NCBI GenBank assembly: GCA_028865095.1
Contig: JAGWLA010000001.1
Span: 137,806-201,805 of the forward strand
DNA: 64,000 bases
Source: Patescibacteria group bacterium
GTDB lineage: Bacteria > Patescibacteriota > Minisyncoccia > Phycocordibacterales > PALSA-1337
Direction of reading: 5' to 3'
In this document: one piece after another, positions 51,292 to 61,170 of the stretch
Position numbering within the stretch: position 1 is the first letter of the stretch
How the letters are laid out: every line of letters begins with the position of its first letter
Program-made: the position numbers and the translations under genes
Notes under the pieces: model-generated
Databases searched by the model: none
Told to the model about the DNA's origin: nothing
The model's input: only the letters and a program-made list of their open reading frames with translations

Positions 51292-51448
51292 AATGAGAAT
51301 GAGACACGCTAAATAGCCCTGGAAACTGTCTCATTAGTCTCATTTGGTATAATGAAGCCCTGACCAAGACCCGTCGTCTACTACTGTATGTGGTCGCCAA
51401 GAAACCCTTGTGGTGTCTTGAGCCACGTGGTTCTAGACCGGAGAGTCC

Positions 51449-51487
51449 AGCCAACGCATGCACCCTGACCGGAGAAGGTCAATGAAC
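51449..51487. repeat. attR: second copy of the 39-bp direct repeat, preceded by a degenerate tRNA 3'-end fragment
   Basis: agtccagccaacGcatgcaccctgaccggagaAggtcaatgaac. Confidence 0.8.
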
Positions 51488-51496
51488 TGAAGCACA

Positions 51497-51958
51497 ATGA
51501 GCGAAACACAAAACAAAACCCCATATTTTATAGTCAACGTCGAAGCAGCTATCTGTAAAGGGGGAAAGTGGCTTATGTGCGTCCGTTCCGAAAAAGAGAG
51601 CCATGCCGGTGGCATGTTATCTTTGGTCGGAGGAAAAGTCGAGCATTCGGATCCCGCTAAAGAGACACTGGAGGAAGCTGTAAAAAGGGAGGTCTTAGAA
51701 GAAACGGGATTGTCCGTACGTCCTGTCGACTATGTTCAGTCAACCAGCTTCGTATCAAAGCTCGGTAACCATATCGTTGATGTCGTATTCCTTTGTGAGG
51801 CAGATGAAGGAAAAGAGACGCTTCATGCTCCGGATGAACTGACTGAGTTGCGTTGGATGACCCTGGATGAGATCAAGAAGCATCCGAAAGCGGCAGATTG
51901 GCTGATAGCGAGTATGGGCATGTCCGCGCAGTTGCACAGCACCAAAGCACATAAATGA
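51497..51958 (+). CDS. NUDIX hydrolase
   Basis: Nudix box GGKVEHSDPAKETLEEAVKREVLEETGL. Confidence 0.75.
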   Translation: MSETQNKTPYFIVNVEAAICKGGKWLMCVRSEKESHAGGMLSLVGGKVEHSDPAKETLEEAVKREVLEETGLSVRPVDYVQSTSFVSKLGNHIVDVVFLCEADEGKETLHAPDELTELRWMTLDEIKKHPKAADWLIASMGMSAQLHSTKAHK

Positions 51959-52092
51959 TTCATGAAGATTTCCTTTAGTGAACTTCTGCACCCTGTTGAG
52001 TTGTATAAGCGCGGCTCTGACTTATCTGTTGTTTTATTGACATTACCGCGTCCCATCCAGTCAGCTCGTAAGTTTGGCATGATCTATTTATC

Positions 52093-52602
52093 GTGAAGCA
52101 AATCGTTATCATCAACCCTGAGGGTGTTTCAGATAAAGAGACCCTCAACTATAAGACAAGGGAAGCATCGCGCGCCGTCGTTTTTGACGATGAAAAAAAT
52201 GTAGCGCTGCTTCACGCGACTAAGTATGACTATTATAAGCTTCCGGGAGGCGGCATCGAGAAAAATGAAGATCCCGAGAAGGCTTTACGGCGCGAGTGTC
52301 TGGAGGAGATCGGCTGCGACGTCGAGATAGTAAAAGCCCTAGGGACCATTCTGGAATATCGTAAAAAATTCGATCTCAAACAGACGTCGCATTGTTATAT
52401 CGCAAAAGTCGTCGGTGAAAAGGGGATTCCCCATCTTATGGAAGACGAGATCGAAGAGGGCTTCCAAACAGTCTGGCTTCCGATCCGAGAAGCATTAGAT
52501 AAGGTAAGCAGCGGCGAGCGGAAAATCTATGAGGCGCAATATATGATCGCAAGAGACACGATGATTCTGAAGAAAGCTGTAGAGGCTAAAGTGTTATACT
52601 AG
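52093..52602 (+). CDS. NUDIX hydrolase
   Basis: Nudix box GGGIEKNEDPEKALRRECLEEIGC. Confidence 0.75.
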   Translation: MKQIVIINPEGVSDKETLNYKTREASRAVVFDDEKNVALLHATKYDYYKLPGGGIEKNEDPEKALRRECLEEIGCDVEIVKALGTILEYRKKFDLKQTSHCYIAKVVGEKGIPHLMEDEIEEGFQTVWLPIREALDKVSSGERKIYEAQYMIARDTMILKKAVEAKVLY

Positions 52603-52607
52603 TCCGT

Positions 52608-53342
52608 ATGTTGAAGCTGCCCCATGTGACCCTTCTCGGGATAGATTGCGTGAATGTAGAACGGCTTCAGGCAGCTATGGATGTATGCCAGAAAGACGTC
52701 GATTTTGGCGCAGCAAAGCTGTTGACGTCTCTGCCTACTGACGATAGCCGGCTGGTTGATATAAGCCCGATAAAAAATATCCAAGAATATTCGAGATTTT
52801 GCGCTGAGGATCTTGTAAAATACGTTGATACCGATTATGTATTACTTGTTCAATATGACGGTTTTATTTTGAATCCCGAAAGCTGGATGGACGAGTTTCT
52901 AAAATACGATTACATAGGTGCCCCTTGGCTTGTCGCAAACTGGTCCGTACGAGACTTCAATTTTCCTGCAAGTTTGCTTGGAACGAAAGTGGTTGGAAAC
53001 GGCGGATTCTCCTTGCGGAGCAAAAGATTCCTAGAGGTCTCGGCTAAGCTCATGCGTGAAGGAAAAATTCCTCAGATTCATCCAGAAGACGTGTCCCTTT
53101 GCATATGGCACAGAGACCTTCTCGATGCCGAGGGCATAAAGATCGCTCCGGCAGAGTTGGCCGAGGCTTTCTCTATAGAAGGCGATGATAATGTTTTCGA
53201 CAGGCAATTCGGCTTCCACGGATTCTCCTGGACCGATATAGATAAATGGATCGATAAGCACCCCGAATATCCCCTGATCGTCGGCAGATATAGACAGGCG
53301 AGAAAGGAGCATTTCGAGAGGATGAATAAAAACCTCGCATAA
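52608..53342 (+). CDS. Hypothetical protein
   Basis: 244 aa, no confident family assignment. Confidence 0.4.
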   Translation: MLKLPHVTLLGIDCVNVERLQAAMDVCQKDVDFGAAKLLTSLPTDDSRLVDISPIKNIQEYSRFCAEDLVKYVDTDYVLLVQYDGFILNPESWMDEFLKYDYIGAPWLVANWSVRDFNFPASLLGTKVVGNGGFSLRSKRFLEVSAKLMREGKIPQIHPEDVSLCIWHRDLLDAEGIKIAPAELAEAFSIEGDDNVFDRQFGFHGFSWTDIDKWIDKHPEYPLIVGRYRQARKEHFERMNKNLA

Positions 53343-53346
53343 GGAT

Positions 53347-53940
53347 ATGGCCATCAAAACGATAATGTTCGACCTTGGCAAGGTGGTGGTCTACACGGAT
53401 TTCAAGAGCCTGTATGCGAATTTCGCCGAGCGCATAGGATTGACGCCTGAATCCGTGATCAAGTATCACGACGATAACAGGGTAGGGCTGTTCACGAACG
53501 CGATCACCATGGAAGACGCATGGGACGATCTGGCGAAAATCGGCGGCGCGCCGCGCGATTCATTCACGGAGATATGGGAGGAGGAGGGGCTGAAAGCCAG
53601 GAGGATCGACGAAGGCATGACGGCTTTCATAAAGGAGCTGCGCAAGAGATACAAGGTCGGGGCTGTCAGCAACCTGTATGAGAGCCGCATGAAGATAGAC
53701 GAGAGGACGGGCGTGTACGATAATTTCGATTATGCGGTCCTGTCGTGCGTGGACCATGTGAAGAAGCCGGACGAGAGATTCTACAGGCTGGCCCTGTCAA
53801 AAGCGTCGGCACGGCCGGAGGAGGCCCTGTTCATAGACGACAATGAGGCGTACGTCGAAGCGGCGAGCGGCATCGGGATCAAGGGCATCGTATATAGGGG
53901 TCTAGAGAGCTTGAAGGCTGCACTGATTGCATATATGTGA
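53347..53940 (+). CDS. HAD-superfamily hydrolase
   Basis: N-terminal IMFDLGKVV (motif I), conserved S/T and K, and DD in FIDDN (motif IV). Confidence 0.65.
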   Translation: MAIKTIMFDLGKVVVYTDFKSLYANFAERIGLTPESVIKYHDDNRVGLFTNAITMEDAWDDLAKIGGAPRDSFTEIWEEEGLKARRIDEGMTAFIKELRKRYKVGAVSNLYESRMKIDERTGVYDNFDYAVLSCVDHVKKPDERFYRLALSKASARPEEALFIDDNEAYVEAASGIGIKGIVYRGLESLKAALIAYM

Positions 53941-54027
53941 TTATCGTGATATAATATGGGTAAATCCGGGGAACCGGAAGATACGCAGCAGAAACAAAAA
54001 AACGATAGAAACGGAGGTTGAGTCGAG

Positions 54028-54741
54028 ATGAAAACTTATGATCTTAGCTGGGGCAGGACATCGTTCCTGTCCAAGCTGGAGCTCTTTTACAGAGCGCGAC
54101 AAGAGATGAGGAAGAAGTCCATGTCCGGCGATCGGATAGTGCAGGCCGAAGCGCATTCCGCGCTCTCCAGCGCCTATTATTCGATCACGGGCACGGCGGC
54201 GGCCCAGCTTAGGGCGTCGTTCCGGCCGAGCTGGCTCGGGCCGTTGCGGGCCGCGCTGTGGTGCTTCACGTGGCTGCCGCTCGCGGCATGGTGCTATTGG
54301 CGGATGCTCCCGCTGTCGGAGCGGGCAGTCAAGCTGATCGGCTATGGCGGGATGTCTGCAGAGCAGTGCGACGTGCGCCAAAGCATATTGCGGCGGCGCG
54401 GGAGATCCGCGGAAGCGAGACGCTGCATCGATGCGGCATTGGCCAAGCATCCGATGGAGCCCCATATCAGGGGCTTGCTCTATGCCGGGCTTGCCGAGGC
54501 CTTCTGGCGAGAAGGCGACAAAACCGGGGCCAGGCTCCGCGCGCTGGTCGCACAGGATGAGGCGAAGGATGCGGAAGCGAAGGAGCCGCAGCAGGCGGCG
54601 CGCATCTATCGGCTCTGCGCGCGCATCGCCGACCTCACCGAGGACGGCGATCCGGTCCCTGGATATGTCCTCCGCTCCCGGGCGCGGGCGCTCGCCGAAT
54701 CAGCTGGGGCGCATGACCAGGTCCTCAAGCTGGAAAGGTAG
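54028..54741 (+). CDS. Hypothetical protein
   Basis: 237 aa, Ala/Arg-rich helical protein. Confidence 0.35.
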   Translation: MKTYDLSWGRTSFLSKLELFYRARQEMRKKSMSGDRIVQAEAHSALSSAYYSITGTAAAQLRASFRPSWLGPLRAALWCFTWLPLAAWCYWRMLPLSERAVKLIGYGGMSAEQCDVRQSILRRRGRSAEARRCIDAALAKHPMEPHIRGLLYAGLAEAFWREGDKTGARLRALVAQDEAKDAEAKEPQQAARIYRLCARIADLTEDGDPVPGYVLRSRARALAESAGAHDQVLKLER

Positions 54742-54923
54742 AGAAGACCGTTCGACCGCTTCGTGGCATGTCCACGGAGCGGTCGTTTTGCGCATGAGCC
54801 ATCCATGCCGATGGTTGACAATACGATATTCCATATGGTTCACTTCTTCCCAACAGAGGGTTCTTTGACATTCAATGGACCCTAAAACTCTAACCAATAA
54901 ACAACCGAGAAAGCGAGGTCGTT

Positions 54924-56672
54924 ATGCAAACGAAGCCAGAAATCCCCGGAAGGATCGGGAATCGGCAGGATCATAAGGAAAACACCGATATAGCGGCGCC
55001 GATAACGTATTATGTCGCTGTCGTAAGCCGGGTCAGCATGGGCCAGGGCGATGGTTTCAATTCCGAATTGAGCGGGATGCTCCAAGAGCTGGGCTTCACG
55101 TCGCTCAAGGCCGAGAGCTCGAATCAGAAGTTCCTCTCCGCGGTTCCCCCCATCGGGGTATCAAGGGTCGTGATCGAGCATCGCAAGCCGGCGAACGGCC
55201 TCGGGAGCGGAACGTACAAGATGGAGCTGGAACGCGGGTGGGCTAGAAAGCCTATCGATGAAGGGAATGTGGTATTCGAGTCCCCGACGCACATCCTTGG
55301 GCTCAAGGGGGCGAAAGAATTCTCCCTCGTGAGCAAAGGCGGAGGAGGCATGTCGTGGGAGATCATATGCTCCCGTGAGATCGTCAAAGCTCCTCCTATA
55401 GCCGTACACCATCAATCTGCCGCGTCGCCCGTAGCTCCCCAACCTGATGCGGCTACCCAGAACGATGCTCATGCTGTCGAGGATGCCCCTACGGAAAAGC
55501 CGCAGGATGCCTCCGTCGGCAATGCAACTATCGAACCGCGGAATGACGGCGCGAGACGAGAGCATGTCGTCGTCAGCCTTAGCGGCCGCAGCCAATCGGG
55601 CAGAGATCCGGATACTATCGCGACCAGGATCATGCAGCAGTGGAAGGGCCTCGTACCGGCGGACGGACAGTCTGCTCTCTCCGCGAGGGCGGTTCCCGCT
55701 GCGGGGCTTGAAGGCAAATTCAAGCTTGTGACATGGGAAGAAGGCGGCAAAAGAGGCAAGCTCGTATTCGCCGATGGAGACGACCAGACCAACCTCGAGA
55801 GGGGCATGATCATCCGCGATGAATCGTTCGGCACGGATGGCGATCGGCTGATAACGATGAGCGGCAACTTGTTGCTCGAAGTCAGCGTCGTGTGCCGACC
55901 ATCGGAAAGCGGAGGACGGCCCCGTACAACCGTCGCCAACCCCGCTGTCCAGTCGCCTCCTCCGCTCAATGGATCATCAGTGAAAAATGAAACCGCTGTC
56001 ATCTTGCCGGTTCCGGCGACAGATGCAGCCAAACCTGCAGTCAAACCACATGAATCTGGCGAATCACGACCAGAAAAGAAAGGAAAGCATACAATGAAAA
56101 ACAGGATGACACCGCCAAACAACCCCGCAGCTATCAAGTTTGTCCTCGCGGCGATCCGCTCGAGGATGGGCCTCACAGGAGACGTTCTCACTACGGAGGC
56201 TCGGAAGGCCGTGGCCATCATCTTGACTGAGACCGTTGGTGAGAGCAAAACGGTCGCAGGAAGGGAGATCTCTCCGAAGTGCCAAAATTCAGGCTTCGTC
56301 TATGGCCTCATCGAAGGAGCGAAGAAACAGATGGAAGAGGATAAGGGATTCAAGACGATGGTCGCGGAGATCTCCAGGGAAGCCAAAAGGCTCCTGGCAG
56401 GCGATAACAGCTCTGCTTCCGTCGCAGAAGATCCAGGCGAACCGACTACTGTCAAAAGGGTAGTGTCCGTAGGTAGCCGTCCTCTCTCGGGGGTGAGCCG
56501 CCGCGACATGGGCATATACTTGATGACGAAGTTCGGGATAGCGCCCGAACCCGCCGCGAAAGCCTTAGGCACGGATATCAACGAGGTCTATCAGGCTGTC
56601 GGTAAAGTCGCTTTGAAGCTCGGCGACAAGGCGACGGAGCTGGAGCGCTCGATCGAGCAGGCTATCAGCTAA
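54924..56672 (+). CDS. Hypothetical 582-aa protein with C-terminal sigma-70 region-4-like HTH
   Basis: C-terminal LSGVSRRDMGIYLMTKFGIAPEPAAKALGTDINEVYQAVGKVALKL resembles the sigma r4/LuxR-type HTH. Confidence 0.4.
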   Translation: MQTKPEIPGRIGNRQDHKENTDIAAPITYYVAVVSRVSMGQGDGFNSELSGMLQELGFTSLKAESSNQKFLSAVPPIGVSRVVIEHRKPANGLGSGTYKMELERGWARKPIDEGNVVFESPTHILGLKGAKEFSLVSKGGGGMSWEIICSREIVKAPPIAVHHQSAASPVAPQPDAATQNDAHAVEDAPTEKPQDASVGNATIEPRNDGARREHVVVSLSGRSQSGRDPDTIATRIMQQWKGLVPADGQSALSARAVPAAGLEGKFKLVTWEEGGKRGKLVFADGDDQTNLERGMIIRDESFGTDGDRLITMSGNLLLEVSVVCRPSESGGRPRTTVANPAVQSPPPLNGSSVKNETAVILPVPATDAAKPAVKPHESGESRPEKKGKHTMKNRMTPPNNPAAIKFVLAAIRSRMGLTGDVLTTEARKAVAIILTETVGESKTVAGREISPKCQNSGFVYGLIEGAKKQMEEDKGFKTMVAEISREAKRLLAGDNSSASVAEDPGEPTTVKRVVSVGSRPLSGVSRRDMGIYLMTKFGIAPEPAAKALGTDINEVYQAVGKVALKLGDKATELERSIEQAIS

Positions 56673-56695
56673 GCCGACTTCTGTTCCGATGATAC

Positions 56696-56728
56696 CCCGC
56701 AACACGCTCGTTGCGGGTTTTTGTTTGC
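56696..56728 (+). terminator. Rho-independent terminator
   Basis: cccgcaac-acgctc-gttgcggg followed by tttttgtttg. Confidence 0.7.
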
Positions 56729-56809
56729 AGGCGCTTGACATCGTGATGCCATTGGAAGAGAGTTATGACAGGAACATCGACAACCCGATAACCATGAAAG
56801 GACTATGAT

Positions 56810-57886
56810 ATGGAACAGATACAGATGCTCGGGCTCGAAGAGGTGCTGACGCCCTACGAGCTCATAAGCGAATGCCGCGATGCGGGCATGAAGAAAGTCG
56901 TGAAAAGAGTCGATATGTGCACGGATTCGAATCCGCGCTCGGTCCTCATCACCGGCGAGAATGGCACGGGGAAAGAATTGGTCGCCAGATCGCTCCATGA
57001 AAGAGGGGGAAGGAAGGAAAAGACCCTCGTCACCCTCGATTGCGCGAATCTCGACGAGGCGAATCTCCGGAGCGAGCTCTTCGGGCATGAGAAAGGCTCG
57101 TTCACCGGGGCGTTCGATCGCAAGATCGGGCTCTTGGAAAAAGCCGACGGAGGCACTGCCTTCCTTGACGAGATCGGCGAGATCCCACCCGATCTTCAGC
57201 CGCGGCTCCTTCGGGTCCTGCAGGACGGCACGTTCCGGAGATATGGCGGCAATATGGAGCTCAGGACCGATTTCCATCTCATCGCCGCCACGAATCGGGA
57301 TCTTCCAGAGATGGTTAGGACAGGGCGATTCCGCGAGGACCTCTTCTATCGCATCCGGCTCATCGACATCCGAGTCCCTCCGCTCCGCGAGCGGGCCGAG
57401 GACATACTCCGGCTGGCCAATCATTTCCTCGATCGCTTCTCGAAGAACAGGAAGAGCTTTTCGGCGGGCGCCGAAACGGCGCTCAAAGCGCATAGCTGGC
57501 CAGGCAATGTCCGCGAGCTTAGGAGCACGATCGAGCGAGCGGTCTTGCTCTCGAATGGCAATGACGCAGTATCTGCTGACGATCTCGAGATCGGCTTTCT
57601 GGGGAGCCCCTCTCCATCGTCGGACAAGGCCGCAGTTCCTGCTCCGCCGAGTCTGACAGGCCCGAGCGATCCCGAGCTTCTCGATCTCATGAGGCGCGCC
57701 ATCGTACGGATCAAATCGATCCATAAAGATGGTCAGCCTTCAGATCTTGCCGAATATGCCGAGAAGGCATTGATAGAAGCCGCCCTCGATTATTATGGCG
57801 GCAACAAGCTCAAAGTCGCGGGTATCCTCGGCATAGGCCGCCAGACGCTCTATAACAAGATGGCTCGTTATAGCATTTCTGGTTGA
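56810..57886 (+). CDS. Sigma-54-dependent transcriptional activator (AAA+ plus Fis-type HTH, no receiver; PspF/HrpS-like)
   Basis: Walker A GENGTGKE, GAFTGA-type loop (GSFTGA), R-finger region, C-terminal HTH. Confidence 0.85.
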   Translation: MEQIQMLGLEEVLTPYELISECRDAGMKKVVKRVDMCTDSNPRSVLITGENGTGKELVARSLHERGGRKEKTLVTLDCANLDEANLRSELFGHEKGSFTGAFDRKIGLLEKADGGTAFLDEIGEIPPDLQPRLLRVLQDGTFRRYGGNMELRTDFHLIAATNRDLPEMVRTGRFREDLFYRIRLIDIRVPPLRERAEDILRLANHFLDRFSKNRKSFSAGAETALKAHSWPGNVRELRSTIERAVLLSNGNDAVSADDLEIGFLGSPSPSSDKAAVPAPPSLTGPSDPELLDLMRRAIVRIKSIHKDGQPSDLAEYAEKALIEAALDYYGGNKLKVAGILGIGRQTLYNKMARYSISG

Positions 57887-57972
57887 GGTGGAATGATGCG
57901 TTCTTGCTGCGTCCTGATGGGCGCGGCTTTTTTATCGCTGGAAGATAGGCCCGGAAATGCTATCATTGCCCC

Positions 57973-58428
57973 ATGCGATCGGATTTCTTCCCCGAGTGCT
58001 TCTATCGAGTCACCGTCAAAGGCCTGTGCGTCAGGGACGGCAAGGTGCTGCTCGTCCGGGAATCGGCCGCGACCTTGAGCGGCAAATGGGAATTGCCGGG
58101 AGGCGGCCTCGATCTCGGTGAGGATATCCATGAAGGGTTCAAGAGGGAGATCAAGGAGGAGATGGGGCTGGACGTGAAGGCCATGTCGAAAGAGCCCGTC
58201 TATGTGTGGACGCACCGGTATGAGGCAAACCACCGGGACATCGGCTGGTATTATTCGCTCGTGCTAGCGTATGAGTTCGAGCTCGAGAGCCTCGATTTCA
58301 CGCCGACCGAGGAATGCGAAGCCATCGGCTTCTTCTCGAAAGAGGAGCTGGCGGGCATCCCGCTCGCCGGCCAGACCAACGAGCTGTCCGGTATATTCGA
58401 CCCGGAAGATTTTATCAAGCGGCGATAG
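57973..58428 (+). CDS. NUDIX hydrolase
   Basis: Nudix box GGGLDLGEDIHEGFKREIKEEMGL. Confidence 0.75.
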   Translation: MRSDFFPECFYRVTVKGLCVRDGKVLLVRESAATLSGKWELPGGGLDLGEDIHEGFKREIKEEMGLDVKAMSKEPVYVWTHRYEANHRDIGWYYSLVLAYEFELESLDFTPTEECEAIGFFSKEELAGIPLAGQTNELSGIFDPEDFIKRR

Positions 58429-58448
58429 AGCGCGATTAAAAAACGGAT

Positions 58449-58472
58449 GACGCGCGTCATCCGTTCAGATCA
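58449..58472. terminator. Bidirectional terminator (perfect palindrome)
   Basis: aaaaa-aacggatgacgcgcgtcatccgtt, with a T-run on the minus strand. Confidence 0.55.
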
Positions 58473-58480
58473 AAGATTAG

Positions 58481-58930
58481 TCAATCCGGATCCTCGCAGA
58501 ACATCTCGAGGCGCGGAGTCTTGCTTCCCCAAAAATCCTCTATCTGCCTGACGACCGTGAAGCCATGCCTCTCATAGAGGCGTCTGGCTGGATTTTCTGG
58601 GTGGGTCATCAAGCTGAATACATTGAGGCCTTGGCTGCGCAGGCTGTCGAGCAGCATGCTTAAGGCTTGGCCGCCGATGCCTCGTCCCTGATAGTCAGGG
58701 TCTACAGCAAGTTCCGAGATATAGGCATATCGGGCTTCTCTGTGTTCATAGGATATGTAGCCGACACTGATGCCGTCGCAGACGATCATGAAGACGTTTA
58801 TCTGGTCGAATTCCTCGCGGACCTCATTGGGGTCCGTGGTAGCCAGATTGATAGGCGATTCCACTCTTTTTGCGATCCTGGCGTATGTCTCCACGTCTTC
58901 TTCCGTGGCTGGTCTAAGCGTCACATTCAT
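58481..58930 (-). CDS. GNAT-family N-acetyltransferase
   Basis: GNAT motif A: AVDPDYQGRGIGGQAL. Confidence 0.8.
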   Translation of the reverse strand: MNVTLRPATEEDVETYARIAKRVESPINLATTDPNEVREEFDQINVFMIVCDGISVGYISYEHREARYAYISELAVDPDYQGRGIGGQALSMLLDSLRSQGLNVFSLMTHPENPARRLYERHGFTVVRQIEDFWGSKTPRLEMFCEDPD

Positions 58931-59055
58931 AGTTTTTTCAAGTTGCTGTCGGTAAAATACACCGATTCTCTAGTTTTGTCAAATTTACACAATCCTTTTG
59001 CGTGCTGTCCGATCCGATTATGCCTGCGTCTTTTTCTCATGCTATACTCCGCTCC

Positions 59056-59802
59056 ATGATCATCCTCATCGCCCTGTGCACATTCGTGTCCACCTTGGTG
59101 GGCGGCTTGTTCGCCCTCCGCTTCAAGGACAAGCTGCACCTCATCCTCGGCTTCAGCGCCGGCGCGGTCATCGCCGTGGCGTTCTTCGATTTGATGCCCG
59201 AAGCGCTCGATATCGGCGGGCCGCGCTTCGGCGTCTCGACCATGACGGCCATCGTGGCCCTCGGCTTCCTCGTCTACCTGGTCCTCGACCGGCTGATCTT
59301 CCTGCACTCGCACGCCCATGACGACGGCCACGAGCACGAGCTCTCCGGCCAGGAATCGCGGGGCATCGAGCGCGGCCTCCTCGGGGCGGGCAGCCTGTCG
59401 CTCCACAGCTTCCTCGACGGCGTGGCCATCGGCCTGGCGTTCCAGGCGTCGGCGGCCATCGGCGCCGTGGTGACGGTGGCGGTCCTGACCCACGATTTCT
59501 CCGACGGCATCAATACGGTCAACCTCATCCTCAAGAACCAAGGCGACCGCCGGAGGGCGTTCCGCTGGCTCCTCGTCGACGCGGCCGCGCCGGTCGTCGG
59601 GGCGGCGTCGACCCTCTTCTTCGCGCTGTCCGAGCAATGGCTGGCGGTCATCCTGGCGGCCTTCTCCGGCTTCTTCCTGTATATCGGGGCGAGCGACCTG
59701 GTGCCCGAGAGCCATCATGCCCACCCGAAATTCATGACCACGGCCATGACCCTCCTCGGGGCAGGGGTCCTCTTCGTCGCCATCCGCGCCGCCAATCTGT
59801 GA
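59056..59802 (+). CDS. ZIP-family metal (zinc) transporter ZupT-like
   Basis: 8 TM helices, HSFLDGVAIG signature. The start was set at the ATG 10 nt downstream of the GCTATACT -10 box. Confidence 0.7.
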   Translation: MIILIALCTFVSTLVGGLFALRFKDKLHLILGFSAGAVIAVAFFDLMPEALDIGGPRFGVSTMTAIVALGFLVYLVLDRLIFLHSHAHDDGHEHELSGQESRGIERGLLGAGSLSLHSFLDGVAIGLAFQASAAIGAVVTVAVLTHDFSDGINTVNLILKNQGDRRRAFRWLLVDAAAPVVGAASTLFFALSEQWLAVILAAFSGFFLYIGASDLVPESHHAHPKFMTTAMTLLGAGVLFVAIRAANL

Positions 59803-59832
59803 GCGCCATAGCCGATGTGATATCATGGGCCC

Positions 59833-61143
59833 ATGCTGCGCCCCCATATCGTCATCGTCGGCGCCGGCTTCGGAGGCACCTATACCGCCAAGAAGCTGGT
59901 CCGCCTGGTCAAGAAAGGAGCGATCGACCTGACCATCGTCAATAAGACGAACTATTTCCTTTTCACGCCGCTCCTTCATGAAGTGGCCACCGGCGCGCTC
60001 GGCCCCCGGAGCGTGGCCGAGCCGCTCCGCGAAGTCTTCGCAGGGACCGGCGCGCGCATCGTCCAGGGAGAGACGGTCTCCATCGACCGGGCGGCGCGCT
60101 CTATCGTCGTGGACAGCGGCGGCGAGCGGCATTCCCTCGAGTACGACTATCTGGTCATCGCCACCGGCGCGGAGGCGAACTATTATGGCATCCGCGGCGC
60201 CAAGGAGAACGCGCTGCCGCTCAAGAGCCTGGCCGACGCGGTGCTGATACGCGACCGGGTCATCGGCGCTTTCGAGAAAGCGGTCGTGGAGAGCGACCCG
60301 GAGAAGCGCACGCCATTCCTGTCGTTCGCGGTGGTGGGCGGCGGCCCGACGGGAGTCGAAGCGGCCGCCGAGCTGGCGGAGCTCGTCGACGGCATCGTCC
60401 GGCGCTATTACGGGAGAGCCCATTGCCGGCCGGACGACCCGCGCCATTGCGAGCTCGGCGAGCCGTCCATCACCCTTGTCCATGCCGGCGCCGAGCTGCT
60501 GGAGATGTTCGACCCGCGCCTGCGCCTCGCGGCGGCGGGCAAGCTGCGCAGGGAAGGGGTGGTCATCGAGACCAAAGCCTCGGTGACCGAGGTGTCTCGC
60601 GAAGGGCTCTCGCTGGCTGACGGCCGGGCCATCGCGGCCCGCACGGTCATCTGGACGGCGGGCGTCAAAGCGGTCATCCCGCCGTTCGCCGGCGGCGAGC
60701 CGCCGATGGCCGGAGGGAGGCTGGCGGTCGACGAACATTTCAATCTCGAAGGGGACCAGCGCGTCTTCGTACTCGGCGATGCGGCGGCATATGTCGGTCC
60801 GGCCGAGAGGGCCGCCGGCGCCGGCGGCGCCAAGCCGCTGCCTCAGCTGGCTCAAGCCGCCCAAGGAGAGGCGGCCGTCGTGGCGGCCAACGTCGTCGCG
60901 GCGATCAAAGGCCGCCCTCTCAAGGCGTTCTCATACCGCTCGAAAGGGAGCATGGTCTCGGTGGGGCAGTGGTTCGCCATCGGCGAGATCTATTCGCTCG
61001 ACATCGCCGGCCGCCTGACGTGGTGGCTGTGGAGGACCGTCTATCTCTTCAAATTCCTCTCCTGGCGCAAGCGCGTCCGCATCGCTCTCGAATGGGCTTT
61101 CGAGCTCATCTCGCCCAGGGACATCACCACGATAGAGGGATAA
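59833..61143 (+). CDS. ndh: Type II NADH:quinone oxidoreductase (NDH-2) / FAD-dependent pyridine-nucleotide-disulfide oxidoreductase
   Basis: Two Rossmann GxGxxG motifs (IVGAGFGG, VVGGGPTG). Confidence 0.85.
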   Translation: MLRPHIVIVGAGFGGTYTAKKLVRLVKKGAIDLTIVNKTNYFLFTPLLHEVATGALGPRSVAEPLREVFAGTGARIVQGETVSIDRAARSIVVDSGGERHSLEYDYLVIATGAEANYYGIRGAKENALPLKSLADAVLIRDRVIGAFEKAVVESDPEKRTPFLSFAVVGGGPTGVEAAAELAELVDGIVRRYYGRAHCRPDDPRHCELGEPSITLVHAGAELLEMFDPRLRLAAAGKLRREGVVIETKASVTEVSREGLSLADGRAIAARTVIWTAGVKAVIPPFAGGEPPMAGGRLAVDEHFNLEGDQRVFVLGDAAAYVGPAERAAGAGGAKPLPQLAQAAQGEAAVVAANVVAAIKGRPLKAFSYRSKGSMVSVGQWFAIGEIYSLDIAGRLTWWLWRTVYLFKFLSWRKRVRIALEWAFELISPRDITTIEG

Positions 61144-61169
61144 AAAAAGCGGCCCTTCGGGAGGGCCGC
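61144..61169. terminator. Bidirectional intrinsic terminator
   Basis: aaaaaa-gcggccc-ttcggga-gggccgc, with a T-run on the minus strand. Confidence 0.6.
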
Positions 61170-61170
61170 A

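Larger units (their letters stand above)
26985..51487. mobile_element. Roughly 24.5-kb integrated genomic island (serine-recombinase type) at tRNA-Gln; mosaic of defence, phage-packaging and copper-resistance modules
   Basis: Flanked by direct repeats that include a degenerate copy of the tRNA 3' end. An abrupt drop in GC begins at 27024. A recombinase gene lies 0.8 kb from attL. Confidence 0.75.
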
